In this document: one piece after another, positions 1 through 11,600 of the stretch
How the letters are laid out: each line of letters begins with the position of its first letter
How positions within the stretch are numbered: position 1 is the stretch's first letter
Assembly (NCBI GenBank): GCA_964035545.1
Contig: OZ037769.1
Coordinates: 124,001-188,000, forward strand
DNA: 64,000 nt
Direction: 5' to 3'
Source: Bugula neritina
Lineage: Eukaryota; Animalia; Bryozoa
Notes under the pieces: generated by a model
Database searches by the model: none
What the model was told of the DNA's origin: nothing
The model's input: only the letters and a program-made list of their open reading frames with translations
Translations under genes and position numbers: made by a program

Positions 1-55
1 TAGATAGTTCAATGGCTTGGGCATTACATAATCCTAATTATATAATATTGCTTGA

Positions 56-310
56 TATTATATACTCATTGAATGTGTATATTATATAAATACTCTTTAT
101 ATACTCATTGAATGTATATATTAGTATATATATACTCTTTATATACTCATTGAATGTATATATTAGTATATATATACTCTTTATATACTCATTGAATGTA
201 TATATTAGTATATAAATACTCTTTACATACTCATTGAATGTATATATTAGTATATAAATACTCTCTATATACTCATTGAATGTATATAGTATATAAATAC
301 TCTCTATATA
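56..310. repeat. 42-bp minisatellite, ~6 copies
   Basis: Unit TATATACTCATTGAATGTATATATTAGTATATATATACTCTT. Confidence 0.85.
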
Positions 311-705
311 CAGATGCAAAGTACGCAAGTACCAATATTTTAGCAATATATAAAAATAATTGTCGAAGCAAGTGTATTGTCAAAAATACGTAACTCGGCG
401 AATTTATTAAAAATTCAACTAGTATTGGACAATTACCATTCTTTTATATAAAGTTTAGAATGTAACATTGACTCGAGAACAAAAAGATGCAGAGTTATCT
501 TCTCAGGAGCAAATTATCAAAAGAGAATACAACCCTCGAAACCACACAAGCCATAAATCTTAAAACTATTGTGCATTATATTATTTAACATTATAATAGA
601 GGATATTACAGTATATTATATTACAGTATAGCATATTATATTAATACAGTATATTATATTATATCACAGTATAGTGTATTATAGTATATTACAGTATATT
701 ATATT

Positions 706-1365
706 ACAGAATATTATAGTATATCTGTGAGATACAGTATATTATAGTATATCTGTGAGATACAGTATATTACAGTATATCTGTGAGATACAGTATATTA
801 TAGTATATCTGTGATATACAGTATATTATAGTATATCTGTGAGATACAGTATATTATAGTATATCTGTGATATACAGTATATTATAGTATATCTGTGAGA
901 TACAGTATATTATAGTATATCTGTGAGATACAGTATATTATAGTATATCTGTGAGATACAGTATATTATAGTATATCTGTGAGATACAGTATATTATAGT
1001 ACATCTGTGAGATACAGTATATTATAGTATATCTGTGAGATACAGTATATTATAGTATATCTGTGAGATACAGTATATTATAGTATATCTGTGAGATACA
1101 GTATATTATAGTATATCTGTGAGATACAGTATATTATAGTATATCTGTGATATACAGTATATTATAGTATATCTGTGAGATACAGTATATTATAGTATAT
1201 CTGTGAGATACAGTATATTATAGTATATCTGTGAGATACAGTATATTATAGTATATCTGTGAGATACAGTATATTATAGTATATCTGTGAGATACAGTAT
1301 ATTATAGTATATCTGTGAGATACAGTATATTATAGTATATCTGTGAGATACAGTATATTATAGTA
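706..1365. repeat. 28-bp minisatellite, ~23 copies
   Basis: Unit ATATCTGTGAGATACAGTATATTATAGT; ends ~15 bp from the donor at 1380. Confidence 0.95.
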
Positions 1366-1380
1366 CATCACATATTCTAC

Positions 1381-2622
1381 CTCCAGATTGCTGGCTAATT
1401 TCACAGAGTCAGTGCCAGTCTTCCGGGAGGACTTTATGGTAAGATATGCCAAGAGACCAGCTGTTACGGGGACTCCTGCTCTCCACACCCAAGGCTTTCC
1501 TGTCCAGATACAGAATAGAGGCTATGAGAAGTGAAAGAGCAAAAGAAAACAGCATCACTGGATAATGTGAGAGAGAGAGCAGAAACTTACTGGTGGGATG
1601 ACGACTCCAAGTTTCAGCAAATCGTTGTGTCTGGGGCCTTAGTGAGCTGGAACGTATAGTGATCATGCTACAAGTACACATGTTCATACTGAGACATGTT
1701 GACACTGAGACATGTTGACACTGAGACATGTTGACACTGAGACATGTTCACACTGAGACATGTTGACACTGACATATGTTCATACTGAGACATGTTGACA
1801 CTGAGACATGTTGACACTGAGACATGTTCACACTGAGACATGTTGACACTGAGACATGTTGACACTGAGATATGTTCACACTGAGATATGTTGATACTGA
1901 GACATGTTTATACTGAGATATGTTGACACTGAGACATGTTGACACTGAGACATGTTCATACTGAGACATGTTTATACTGAGACATGTTGACACTGAGACA
2001 TGTTGACACTGAGACATGTTGACACTGAGACATGTTCACACTGAGACATGTTGACACTGAGATATGTTGACAATGAGACATGTTGACACTGAGATATGTT
2101 GATACTGAGACATGTTGACACTGAGACATGTTTATACTGAGACATGTTGACACTGAGACATGTTGACACTGAGACATGTTGACACTGAGATATGTTGACA
2201 ATGAGACATGTTGACACTGAGATATGTTCATACTGAGACATGTTGACACTGAGACATGTTGATACTGAGACATGTTGACACTGAGACATGTTGACACTGA
2301 GACATGTTGACACTGAGATATGTTGACACTGAGATATGTTCATACTGAGACATGTTGACACTGAGATATGTTGATACTGAGACATGTTGACACTGAGACA
2401 TGTTCACACTGAGATATGTTCATACTGAGACATGTTGACACTGAGATATGTTGATACTGAGACATGTTGACACTGAGACATGTTCACACTGAGATATGTT
2501 CAAGGTATCAATTTTAGCAGTGATTTGAAAAGTAATGGAGAAATCAAAGTAAAAAAAGTTTCTTACTATTTTGACTTGAATATTCGCTGTATCCGTTGAA
2601 GATTCTGACATGCATGCATCAT
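1381..2622 (-). CDS. 5' part of an unidentified gene for a probable mitochondrial membrane-anchored protein (exons 2622-2567, 1667-1591, 1499-1381; presumably continues beyond the left edge)
   Basis: Three GT-AG exons join in phase: MMHACQNLQRIQRIFKSKYMITIRSSSLRPQTQRFAETWSRHPTRKPWVWRAGVPVTAGLLAYLTIKSSRKTGTDSVKLASNLE. The R/K/S-rich, acid-poor N-terminus followed by one hydrophobic segment resembles a mitochondrial presequence plus TM. Family not identifiable from 84 aa. Confidence 0.65.
1677..2501. repeat. 16-bp minisatellite, ~51 copies
   Basis: Unit ACACTGAGACATGTTG; abuts the acceptor at 1668. Confidence 0.95.
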
Positions 2623-3663
2623 GATTATACTTCAGCTGTTTGTTCATTAGTAAAACACTAAGCCACCTGTGGGAGAAACAAAGAGAATCTATCACACAAT
2701 AACTTCAACAGTACCAATCAGGAATCTTGCTGATTAAACTAACTAGCAACATATTAAATGTTTATTAAAACAATGAGCAACAAAGATATCACAGCAACTG
2801 TAAAACTGAAAACGAAATAATATTTCAAAAACTAATATAAATTTAATAGGAATGCATAGTTATGTAAGACATATAAAAAGTCACAATAAAAATTTATCAC
2901 ATGCATGCACAGCATGAATTACAGTTAAATAATCAAAAAAGTTACTCTAGGACTAATGAGTCCTGTACCATTTTAACAACTGAATTTAATTTACCAACGG
3001 CTGCGTGATAATATTAATGATAATTATCCACAATATTATAATTGTACAAATCCTAATACTTTTGATACAGTTTGAATTTAGGTTTATAGTGATACTTTAG
3101 TTTTTGAGTTTTTTTAGTTTATAAAATTAAATAACCATAATTATAATATCCAATTTACTAGATTCATCAACTTCAGATAAAATTTTAGTGATACTTTAAA
3201 GAATTCCTGACACACTTTACTTATATAGCATGAAAATATTCATCTATGTCTTGGCTATTATTTTAACACTCTTTTAGAGTTTCAGGTCTAAACAATTTTG
3301 TTTTATAACAATTTTAGTGCATGCATGTCCAAAAAACTTCCAGAATTTTTTTCGCCTTTCTGTGACGTATTACACCGCAGTTGCGATAAATAGATGGTAA
3401 TGCCGCCTGTAAGACATTCGGAAAATAAATATAGGCTATATTTTCCGTTGCATGTAACCTTAGTTTTAGCATTTTTAATTTATCGGACGTCTGTCTAGCC
3501 CCCCAATTAGTGTTTTTTTGTGGAATTTAGGTTTTATTTCATAAACAAATTTCGCGGCAATAAAGACATAGCTACCAACTTTAACTTACCGTGTCCGAGT
3601 CTGTGCAGTGTAATTGTGATAAAGTTAAATCTAATACAGAAATAACATAAATACGATATCAAT

Positions 3664-5393
3664 ATGAACATATCTGGCTCTGACGAAGAATACTTAGAGC
3701 ACAGTGAGAATCGCAATGAGTATGACTATGACAATCACACTCACGCTGTCACTGAGATTTCTGAAGTAATGGGCTATCAGTTTGAGCCGTTTACGTATCA
3801 AGATGAAAATGGAGATGATAGTCATGACAAGGATTTTAATGTTACTGATGAGCAACAGGTGATAATATTTATAATTTTACAGTATCAGTACGATTTAATT
3901 TTATAAACTATATTGTTACTAATAGTAATAGTAGTACTAATACCGTAATACTAATAGTAATAGTAATACTTTAACTTTAAGTTATAAGTATAAGCTAGTA
4001 TAAGTTATAAATTATTATAATTATAATATTTAATTTTCATTTTGTAATCGTAATGCCAATGCTCAATGCCAATGCTCGTATTGATCCTGGCTTAATTAGT
4101 TAATAATAATATAGCTGGGTTTTGTGCTACTAAAGCTTTAGAGCAAGCATGATATCAAATTACAAGCTAAATATTTGATGATTGCTATCAGTTTATATAA
4201 TATTATTAATAATAAAGTGATAATCATTAAATTTAATGATCACAAATTCCAGTCAAGTAATTAAATATTTGATCAATACTAATTTTGTTATTACTACTAC
4301 CAATACAGGTATTAGTATTAATTATTTGTAGTTAGATTTACCTGATAATTTAAGTCAAGGGAAAGACTGTATTCTTATAAATGCATAATAATGATAATTA
4401 TTATTCACTTTTATTGTAATTGTGGTTATACCGATCCTTAACAAAATAAGTTAATCACATACATAATCATGTCAAACTTGCATTCACGATGATAGTATTT
4501 AGTATTTTATTTCTAAGCCCCCTATTTCTCTGAATTTCTGCTTTTATAGTATAACATATAGTACTAACAACAATAAAATATTTTAAAATTCCTGAAAATT
4601 AGTTTATTTCATAGCAAAAATTATGAGTTTGTTTTAATATAAAAAATCTAATTAATTTTTAACTATAAATATAAAAATAGTTTGAACAGTAATGCAAACT
4701 TGGAATATTTTAAAACCCATGATTTTAAAGTATTTTCAAACTTCAGCCTCATTGGACTCAATTTTCAATACAAAGAAAAGTACAGGAAACAAATTTAGAC
4801 ACAGTAACTAATGGACTTAATGTGGATGATACTGGTAATAACGTTTTTAGAAAAGCTTGTTTGTTTTGTAGAAAAATATAAGGCCAGCCACGGAGTGGTG
4901 CACTTGCCACCGCTGCCAAAATCAGCCTACAGTGGAACAGTCTGTTTGTTGCCGTGATCATGCTGCAAACCTTCGATTAGATAGCAGCATGGAATGTATA
5001 ACACAGCACCCGGGAGTACAGCAATTGACGCAACCAGCTGTATTAGAAGTTGCATACAGCAGCTACCTGAGATATCATGGTTAGTCAATTGCTACTGTAT
5101 ATCAGTAACTGTCATTGTTAGTTTTTCTAGATAGTCTTACTTGATTATTTAGCCAATCATTTATTTTGGTAGATGACTTGTTTGATGAGAAGGCCCATTC
5201 TCTCAACACTAAAAAAAGGTTCTGCAGCTACCGGTTTTTGGTGTTCTGGCTGTTTCCAGATATTAAAAAAGGTGAGAGACGCCCTTTACCAGCTTGCTTA
5301 TATGATTGGGTGCAAGCTACATTCCCCCCAACTGATGATGAGGAAGAATTTGCTGAATGGATGTTCAGCAAATTCGTGATTTATGAACATTAA
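3664..5393 (+). CDS. KolX-type / P2X7 C-terminal ballast (zinc-coordinating Cys) domain protein, 207 aa; exons 3664-3858, 4872-5079, 5173-5393
   Basis: In-phase GT-AG splicing with no stops. Acidic N-terminus with GYQFEP, then WCTCHRC...VCCR...ECITQH...RFCSYRFLVFWLF...RRPLPAC...FP. This matches P2X7 WCQCGSC/LCCR/ACIT/RHCAYR/LPSC/EFP. Confidence 0.85.
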
Positions 5394-5752
5394 CACTCTG
5401 GTGATTTATATATAATATAATATAATATAACAATATTGTTTTTATGAAACTTTGTGACATAGTATAACTTTTTACATATTTTTACCAATATATTGTTTTA
5501 TTTATTGCTATTTATTGTTTTCACATTGCTATTTATGGCTCTAATAAAGTACCAACAAAACCAAACATACAGTGAAAACGAATATTTACATTTCAATGGA
5601 AACTGAGACTACAAGTAGATATATTGTCCAAATTTATTTTTGACACACCTTGAGGTGGAAAATTAAAAATATTATTTCCATTACACAAAAATATTTGTTT
5701 TTTTTGTTGCATTAGAACATGCATTTTAAATAAAAATAACTATGGAGAAAAG

Positions 5753-6990
5753 CTATGAATTCAGTTTTTGAGCTAAGTGAACAATACTATTTCGCCATAT
5801 TTCTATATACCAGCATTGAACAGCTTTGCTTCTAATCTTTTTCTGCATCCTTTTAGGTGTTTGCACATATTTATTGTGTCCTATTCCTTTCTGTAGGCCC
5901 TTCTTTTCTGGCTTAAGATTGAGAGCTGGTTTTTTAGTTTGACTTGGCAAAGCTCTAAAATATTATTATATATGAAGGTAAATGGAAAAGTATTATTGAA
6001 ACAGCTGCAGAAAATCTCAATTGCTGTCTATATCATATTTCAATTTTATTGCTCAAGATCGCATTTTCAATATTATAATCCTTACAGAAAACCAGGGTCT
6101 GATCTTTTTAACCAGCGAGCTTCTTTAGGTGTGATAGTGGCCGCCTGCTGACTTTGTTTCCGAGGAGTTAATGGAGTGCATCCAGTGGCACCCTCAGTTT
6201 CCACTAAATGAATAGTTGGGACTGCTGTTTTCTCTAAATGCAATCTAAAGAGTAAATCAAAGACAATGAATTTTTATTCTTTCAATAAGCTAAGTGGACA
6301 ATATTTACCATTAATTTTTACTGGTATTGATGATGGGCACCATTACCAGTATCATACTCATAGCATGAGTATCAGTGCGTATGAATCATAATATCAATGG
6401 TATGTATCCAAGTGACTATGACACATTCTGATAATCATAAGTCTTTCATATTATCGCCATTATAAATGAATTTCCTTACAATAATGGTTATCGTGTAAAT
6501 CATAAATGCAAACTTGTACTTGCAAGTTTATGTCATAGTCACATGAAATTGAATCAACACGGTCATGACAATCCTATTGACTTATACCAACTTGTAGTAA
6601 TACTTAATAGTTATAGTTATACTTATTGTTGAAAATCAACATTAAAAAACTATCATTATCGTCTAATTCTATCACAATCACTAACTCTAAGTCAGTATCA
6701 CTATGAGTTTGAGTGAGTTATTCACTTACATGTTAATGAGTTTTGCTTTATACATGCCCATATTAAATATTTGTAAATTGTTCATCACCAAAATGCTGAA
6801 AACACAAACGAGAGTTGTTATCAGGCAGAAAGTTTTTTCTTTTCGTATTGAAAAACTTGGTCCATTTTTCACCACACACAGTATCAGCAGGCCATTTAAA
6901 CATGTGTTTTTCCTTGTACGAACGCATTGCAGCTTCACACACTCTTCTTTTGCATTTGCCTTTAGAACTTGAAGCCATTCGTGTAGTCAT
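5753..6990 (-). pseudogene. THAP-domain N-terminus of the Kolobok transposase; frameshifted, no DDE domain visible
   Basis: Exon 6990-6730 encodes ...FKWP...KW...RLCFQHF. A +1 frameshift with TAA at ~6763 precedes NMGMYKAKLIN and a GTAAGT donor at 6729. The next exon (from 6244) encodes LHLEKTAVPTIH (THAP AVPTIF box), followed by a basic segment ending at 5753. No room for a catalytic domain. Confidence 0.8.
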
Positions 6991-8399
6991 GTCGACAGTA
7001 AGTGCAAGTGTAACTAGTAATATAGGTAATAAGTTTGTTCACTAGAGTCCAATGGCAATATGAATATAAAATCGAATTTATATAGATAGCGAGCGACTAC
7101 TACTAGTAGTAGTACTACTAGGCACAGGTTATATTGGTAATATCCGGTTACGGTAATGATAATCTATTTGGAAGCGTAATAAGTTACATAATTGAATATG
7201 CAATTATTTGTAATGTTTTATAGAAAAGTTTGCCACTCGTTGGATTTAGCTAATTTCTTTTAACAATATCGTGTTATCACCGTACTTAGCCACCCGTTCT
7301 AATTACATCGTGAGGGTGAGGCTATTTCATTTTTCCGATGCTCAAAATTTCTAACGGAAGTAACTTTAGCTTCTAATATCAATAATAAAATGGTATCATT
7401 TGTTTTTTTCATTGAGCATTAGTTGTACTCTGTGTTTTAAAATTTATGTCAGTATAGTGATTTATCTGTGTGTTGCAGTGGCTAAAAATAACACGCTGCG
7501 AAAGTATGCAATTATTACTATTAGTTATATAGTAACTAGGACTCGAAGCAGACCGGAAACCGGCGTAATACGTGTGCACTGAGAGCTTAGAAATCCGAAA
7601 GTTTTTTGGACATGCATGCAGTAAAGTTGTTATAAAATGAAATAGTATAGCCATCCACCCTTAAAAGGATGCTTAATTGATAGCTAAGATATAGATGAAT
7701 ATTGTCATGCTATATAAGTAAAGTGTGTCAGGGATTCTTTAACAATAAATAAATTCAACAGTAACAGTAATAATAAATAAAAAATAATTTTAATATTAAT
7801 TTATAATTAGATATCACTGTCACATTCACTAGTGCAACTCTAATAAAATTTAAAATTAAATTTAGGTGAAAATGAAATATCAAAGCCAAAGTGAAAGTGA
7901 ATAACTAAAAAATATAAACCATTAAATGTAATACTACTTGTATCACTATAAATGCAAGTATAGGATTATTTAATTAAATATTAGTATAAACCAATATTAA
8001 TAATTTTTATTTTTTAAAGTTAAATAAGTTAAACTAAAACTTAAACTTATTCTTAAAGACAAACTGAAACAGTGAAACTGAAACCGATAGTCATACTCAT
8101 AGTGAGTAACTCGGAGCGGAACGGGAATAATATCCAGACATCCTTATGATTATTATTATTAACAACAATATCACCACGATTAAATTCTGATTATTTTGAA
8201 TTTAAAAATTAATTTACCAGACCAAACATTGATTACTATTATAATCATTACTAAATTTAATGAATGAACTTTAAATTTTAAAAAGCTTGTGCTTGAGAAA
8301 CAACCTTGACATGGAAAAGTCCTTGACACATTAACTATAAAATAATGGTGAAAACCTTTCAACCAATCTCTTGGAGTTTTTAGACGCACTTGTAACACT

Positions 8400-8636
8400 A
8401 GCAAGTAGATTCGAACCAAATAGGGATCGATATGGTGCGAAATGACGCGAGTGGGAAGTTCAAGCAACACCGCTTACATTTTAATAAGAAAGCGATAGCA
8501 ATGTCGCGCCCTCAAGTCATCTGATCTGTTAGCGTTGCTGTTAGAATATAATTTTGGAGTTTGACACTATAAACTGCAACAGTGAAAAATAGCTACATTG
8601 ACATAAATTTCAGCCACTATGTAAATCAACTTCACC
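8400..8636. promoter_or_regulatory. Probable bidirectional (head-to-head) promoter of ANKLE1 and the left minus-strand gene
   Basis: Local CpG enrichment, no TATA/Inr pair recognised. A minus-strand GTAAG donor at ~8475-8479 could close a 5'UTR exon joining the acceptor at ~2667. ANKLE1 ATG is at 8637. TSSs are inferred. Confidence 0.45.
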
Positions 8637-11600
8637 ATGTCTTTACTTACAGCGCTAAAATCGGGGAATGAAAGGTAACACTAACAATAACATTATCATT
8701 ATGATACTGAAATAGTATTAGTATACTAATACTATACATCAACATGTACGTACCACTACCTGTAATGAGTAATGACAGTAATAAATAGCTATAAATTAAC
8801 TATAAGTATAAGTATAAGCCATAAGAGTATAACTATATTTATAAATGATATACAATGAATGTAAAACAGGCCTGCTTAGCCTGCCTGTGGCAAGAGTCAG
8901 AGTGCAGTATCACTATCAGTATGGGACCGAGCTGTAGTGACTATAACTTATAGTATAAGTATAAGTCTATTTGATCCAATGTTCAAATAATGATTGTGAG
9001 TTCATTGCCATTATGATAAACTTAAAGTTAAAGTGATAAACTCTAGCAGTTACACTAACAGTAGCACTAACTCTAAGTCAGTAAGTTTAAGTCTGAGTCT
9101 AGCACTATGACTTATTGACTATTAGTATGACTATCACTAAGAGTAACGGTAAGTCTAGTAGAGTAACACATACACAGTAACTGTAAGTGTAACAGTAACA
9201 CTCTAAAAGTATCAGTAGGCGTAACACCAAACACGTATCAATGCTCTAACTCTTACTCAGTAACTCACTTAAGTCTAAAGGCTACTGTTGACATTGTCTG
9301 TTAGTTAGTAAGTGTGTAAGTGTAACAGTTGACTACTACTTTTTTTCATTTTTGTTCATGCCTACTTATATTATAGCCAGTGTTTACACTGAATTTCGCA
9401 ACGTGTTGTCATGTTTGTGATATGCAATAAATAAATCAATCAATCAACCGTAATCTACCTCTAGTGTCAGTATCTGTAAGACTAATTGGTAATACAATAA
9501 TTATAATTATAACTGACAATTGATAAGTTGAACTTCAATTCAAACTTGACGCATACTAATACTCGTAGCCTTGCAGTCGGTCTTAGGCTTCAACTTGTAC
9601 ATGTATTGCTAGTAGTATTACTAGTACTACTAAGTGTAGGTCTAGTAGTATTACTAGTACTACTAAGTGTAGGTCTAGTAGTAGTCCACTAGTAGTACTA
9701 AGTGTAGGTCTAGTAGTAGTCCACTAGTACTACTAAGTGTAGGTCTAGTAGTTTACTAGTAGTACTAATTGTGCAAAGCAGAGTGAAAGTGGTGGTCTAA
9801 TAAATACTAATTTAACTTTCAAGCAAGTCTAAATGGGTATTGAAAATCAAAATAGGCTTTAGTCATTACTCATTGAACTTAGTATCCAACTCACTTCGTA
9901 ACTTAGTCTTTTCTTGCAAAATCGAAAATCTTAATTTAAGCTAAAATAAAGCTGAAACTAAAAGTTATTTCATCTACCATGGTCCACAGCCATTGCTCAG
10001 AGTATGGCTATAATTTGCTTTTAGTTTAATTTATGAAGAAAATGCAGCTCAAATTTAGGGTACAACTTGAACTGACTGTCTATGCAATTACAAACTCAAA
10101 GGAATGAAAGCTACAACTATTTATCACTTACACTAAATAATTAGTAACTTACACTAAATAAGCAGTAACTTACACTAAACAATTAGTAACTTACACTAAA
10201 TAATTAGTAACTTACACTAAATAAGCAGTAACTTACACTAAACAAGCAGTAACTTACACTAAACAATTAGTAACTTACACTAAATAAGCAGTAACTTACA
10301 CTAAACAAGCAGTAACTTACACTAAACAATTAGTAACTTACACTAAATAAGCAGTAACTTACACTAAACAAGCAGTAACTTACACTAAACAATTAGTAAC
10401 TTACACTAAATAAGCAGTAACTTACACTAAACAAGCAGTAACTTACACTAAACAATTAGTAACTTACACTAAATAAGCAGTAACTTACACTAAATAAGCA
10501 GTAACTTACACTAAATAAGCAGTAACTTGCACTAAACAAGTAGTAGTTGCACTAAACAAGTAGTAAATTATATATTTGTTATATCTCCATGGTTACTAAG
10601 TAACTGTCATATCTCTGGTACACAGGCTAGTCGAGACGATATGTGCCAGTGGAGCCAGCCCTAACCAACTGGACGATGACGCCTCCCCTATGCACATTGT
10701 TGTCGGGCTGCATGTGTCCAACGTGAAGCAACTCACTAAGATACTGCTCCAGTATGGAGGAGACCCAAATGTTGAGTAAGTGTGTTGCCTAGCAACTTGT
10801 AAACAACATGTCTTCTGGGTTTACTCTCCCCTCTACTGTAAATCTGAGGGTGGTTATGTAGAGTTGTGAGAGACAGGGGTTAAACTATGTTGAGAGTATT
10901 ATACTGTGTAATACTGTATAACACCTGAAGTAACTCAGGGATTAGTCTATAATACTCTACTGCTCTAATAGGTTAATACCTAGAAGATAGTATCAATAGC
11001 TTATGCAGTCTATAAATAGCAAGTCTATAAATAACACATGCTATAAATAATGTAATGTCACACCCAGCATAACAGAGCATTAATGTGTAGCGACTATGCA
11101 TATGCCCCACTATATAGTGTAAAGAGTATATAGTGTAGATATACAATACTGTATATAGTGTAAAGAGTATATAGTATAGATATACAATACTGTCTATAGT
11201 GTAAAGAGTATATAGTATAGATATACAATACTCTATATAGTATAGATATACAATACTCTATATAGTATAGATATATAATACTGTATATAATATAGATATA
11301 CAATACTCTATATAGTATAGATATACAATACTCTATATAGTATATAGTATATATATACAATGCTGCTGTAGGAATGGGGAACACCTCACACCACTTCACG
11401 TCAGCATAATCAGGGGAAACTCCAAAGTGCTGCACCTACTCTTACGTAACGGCGGAGATCCTACCAAACAGGATGAGGTGTGTACGGCTGTATGATATGT
11501 CTTATCTTATGCCTTAACACACTCTGTGGTATAGTATAGTGTATAGTATAGTGTAGTATATAGTATAGTATACTGTATATAGTATAGTGTACTGTATATA

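Larger units (their letters stand above)
3200..7738. mobile_element. Kolobok-superfamily DNA transposon, internally deleted / non-autonomous copy
   Basis: TTAA on both sides (3196-3199, 7739-7742); termini 5'-AG...CT-3'. Imperfect TIRs of ~145-180 bp: AGAATTCCTGACACACTTTACTTATATAGCATGAAAATATTCATCTAT vs reverse complement AGAATCCCTGACACACTTTACTTATATAGCATGACAATATTCATCTAT. Further shared blocks TGCATGCATGTCCAAAAAACTT and ACGTATTAC[A/G]CCG. Contains convergent THAP and KolX-type genes. TTAA TSD, RR..YY ends and a THAP transposase plus second gene match Kolobok. Confidence 0.9.

Noticed and set aside
1-40. tRNA/SINE-like head (GATAGTTCAATGG)
   Set aside because: Only a weak A-box resemblance; no B-box or cloverleaf. 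No tRNA, rRNA or snRNA was recognised anywhere in the window.
4747-4871. Extra KolX exon starting at the acceptor at 4746
   Set aside because: Its frame meets TAA at 4879, and its best donor (phase 1) does not match the phase-0 acceptor at 4871. Exon 1 joins 4872 cleanly without it.
3200-7738. piggyBac (TTAA TSD) or KolobokP assignment
   Set aside because: Termini are AG..CT, not CCY..RGG. No long terminal direct repeats or His-Me nuclease were seen. THAP plus KolX fits classical Kolobok.
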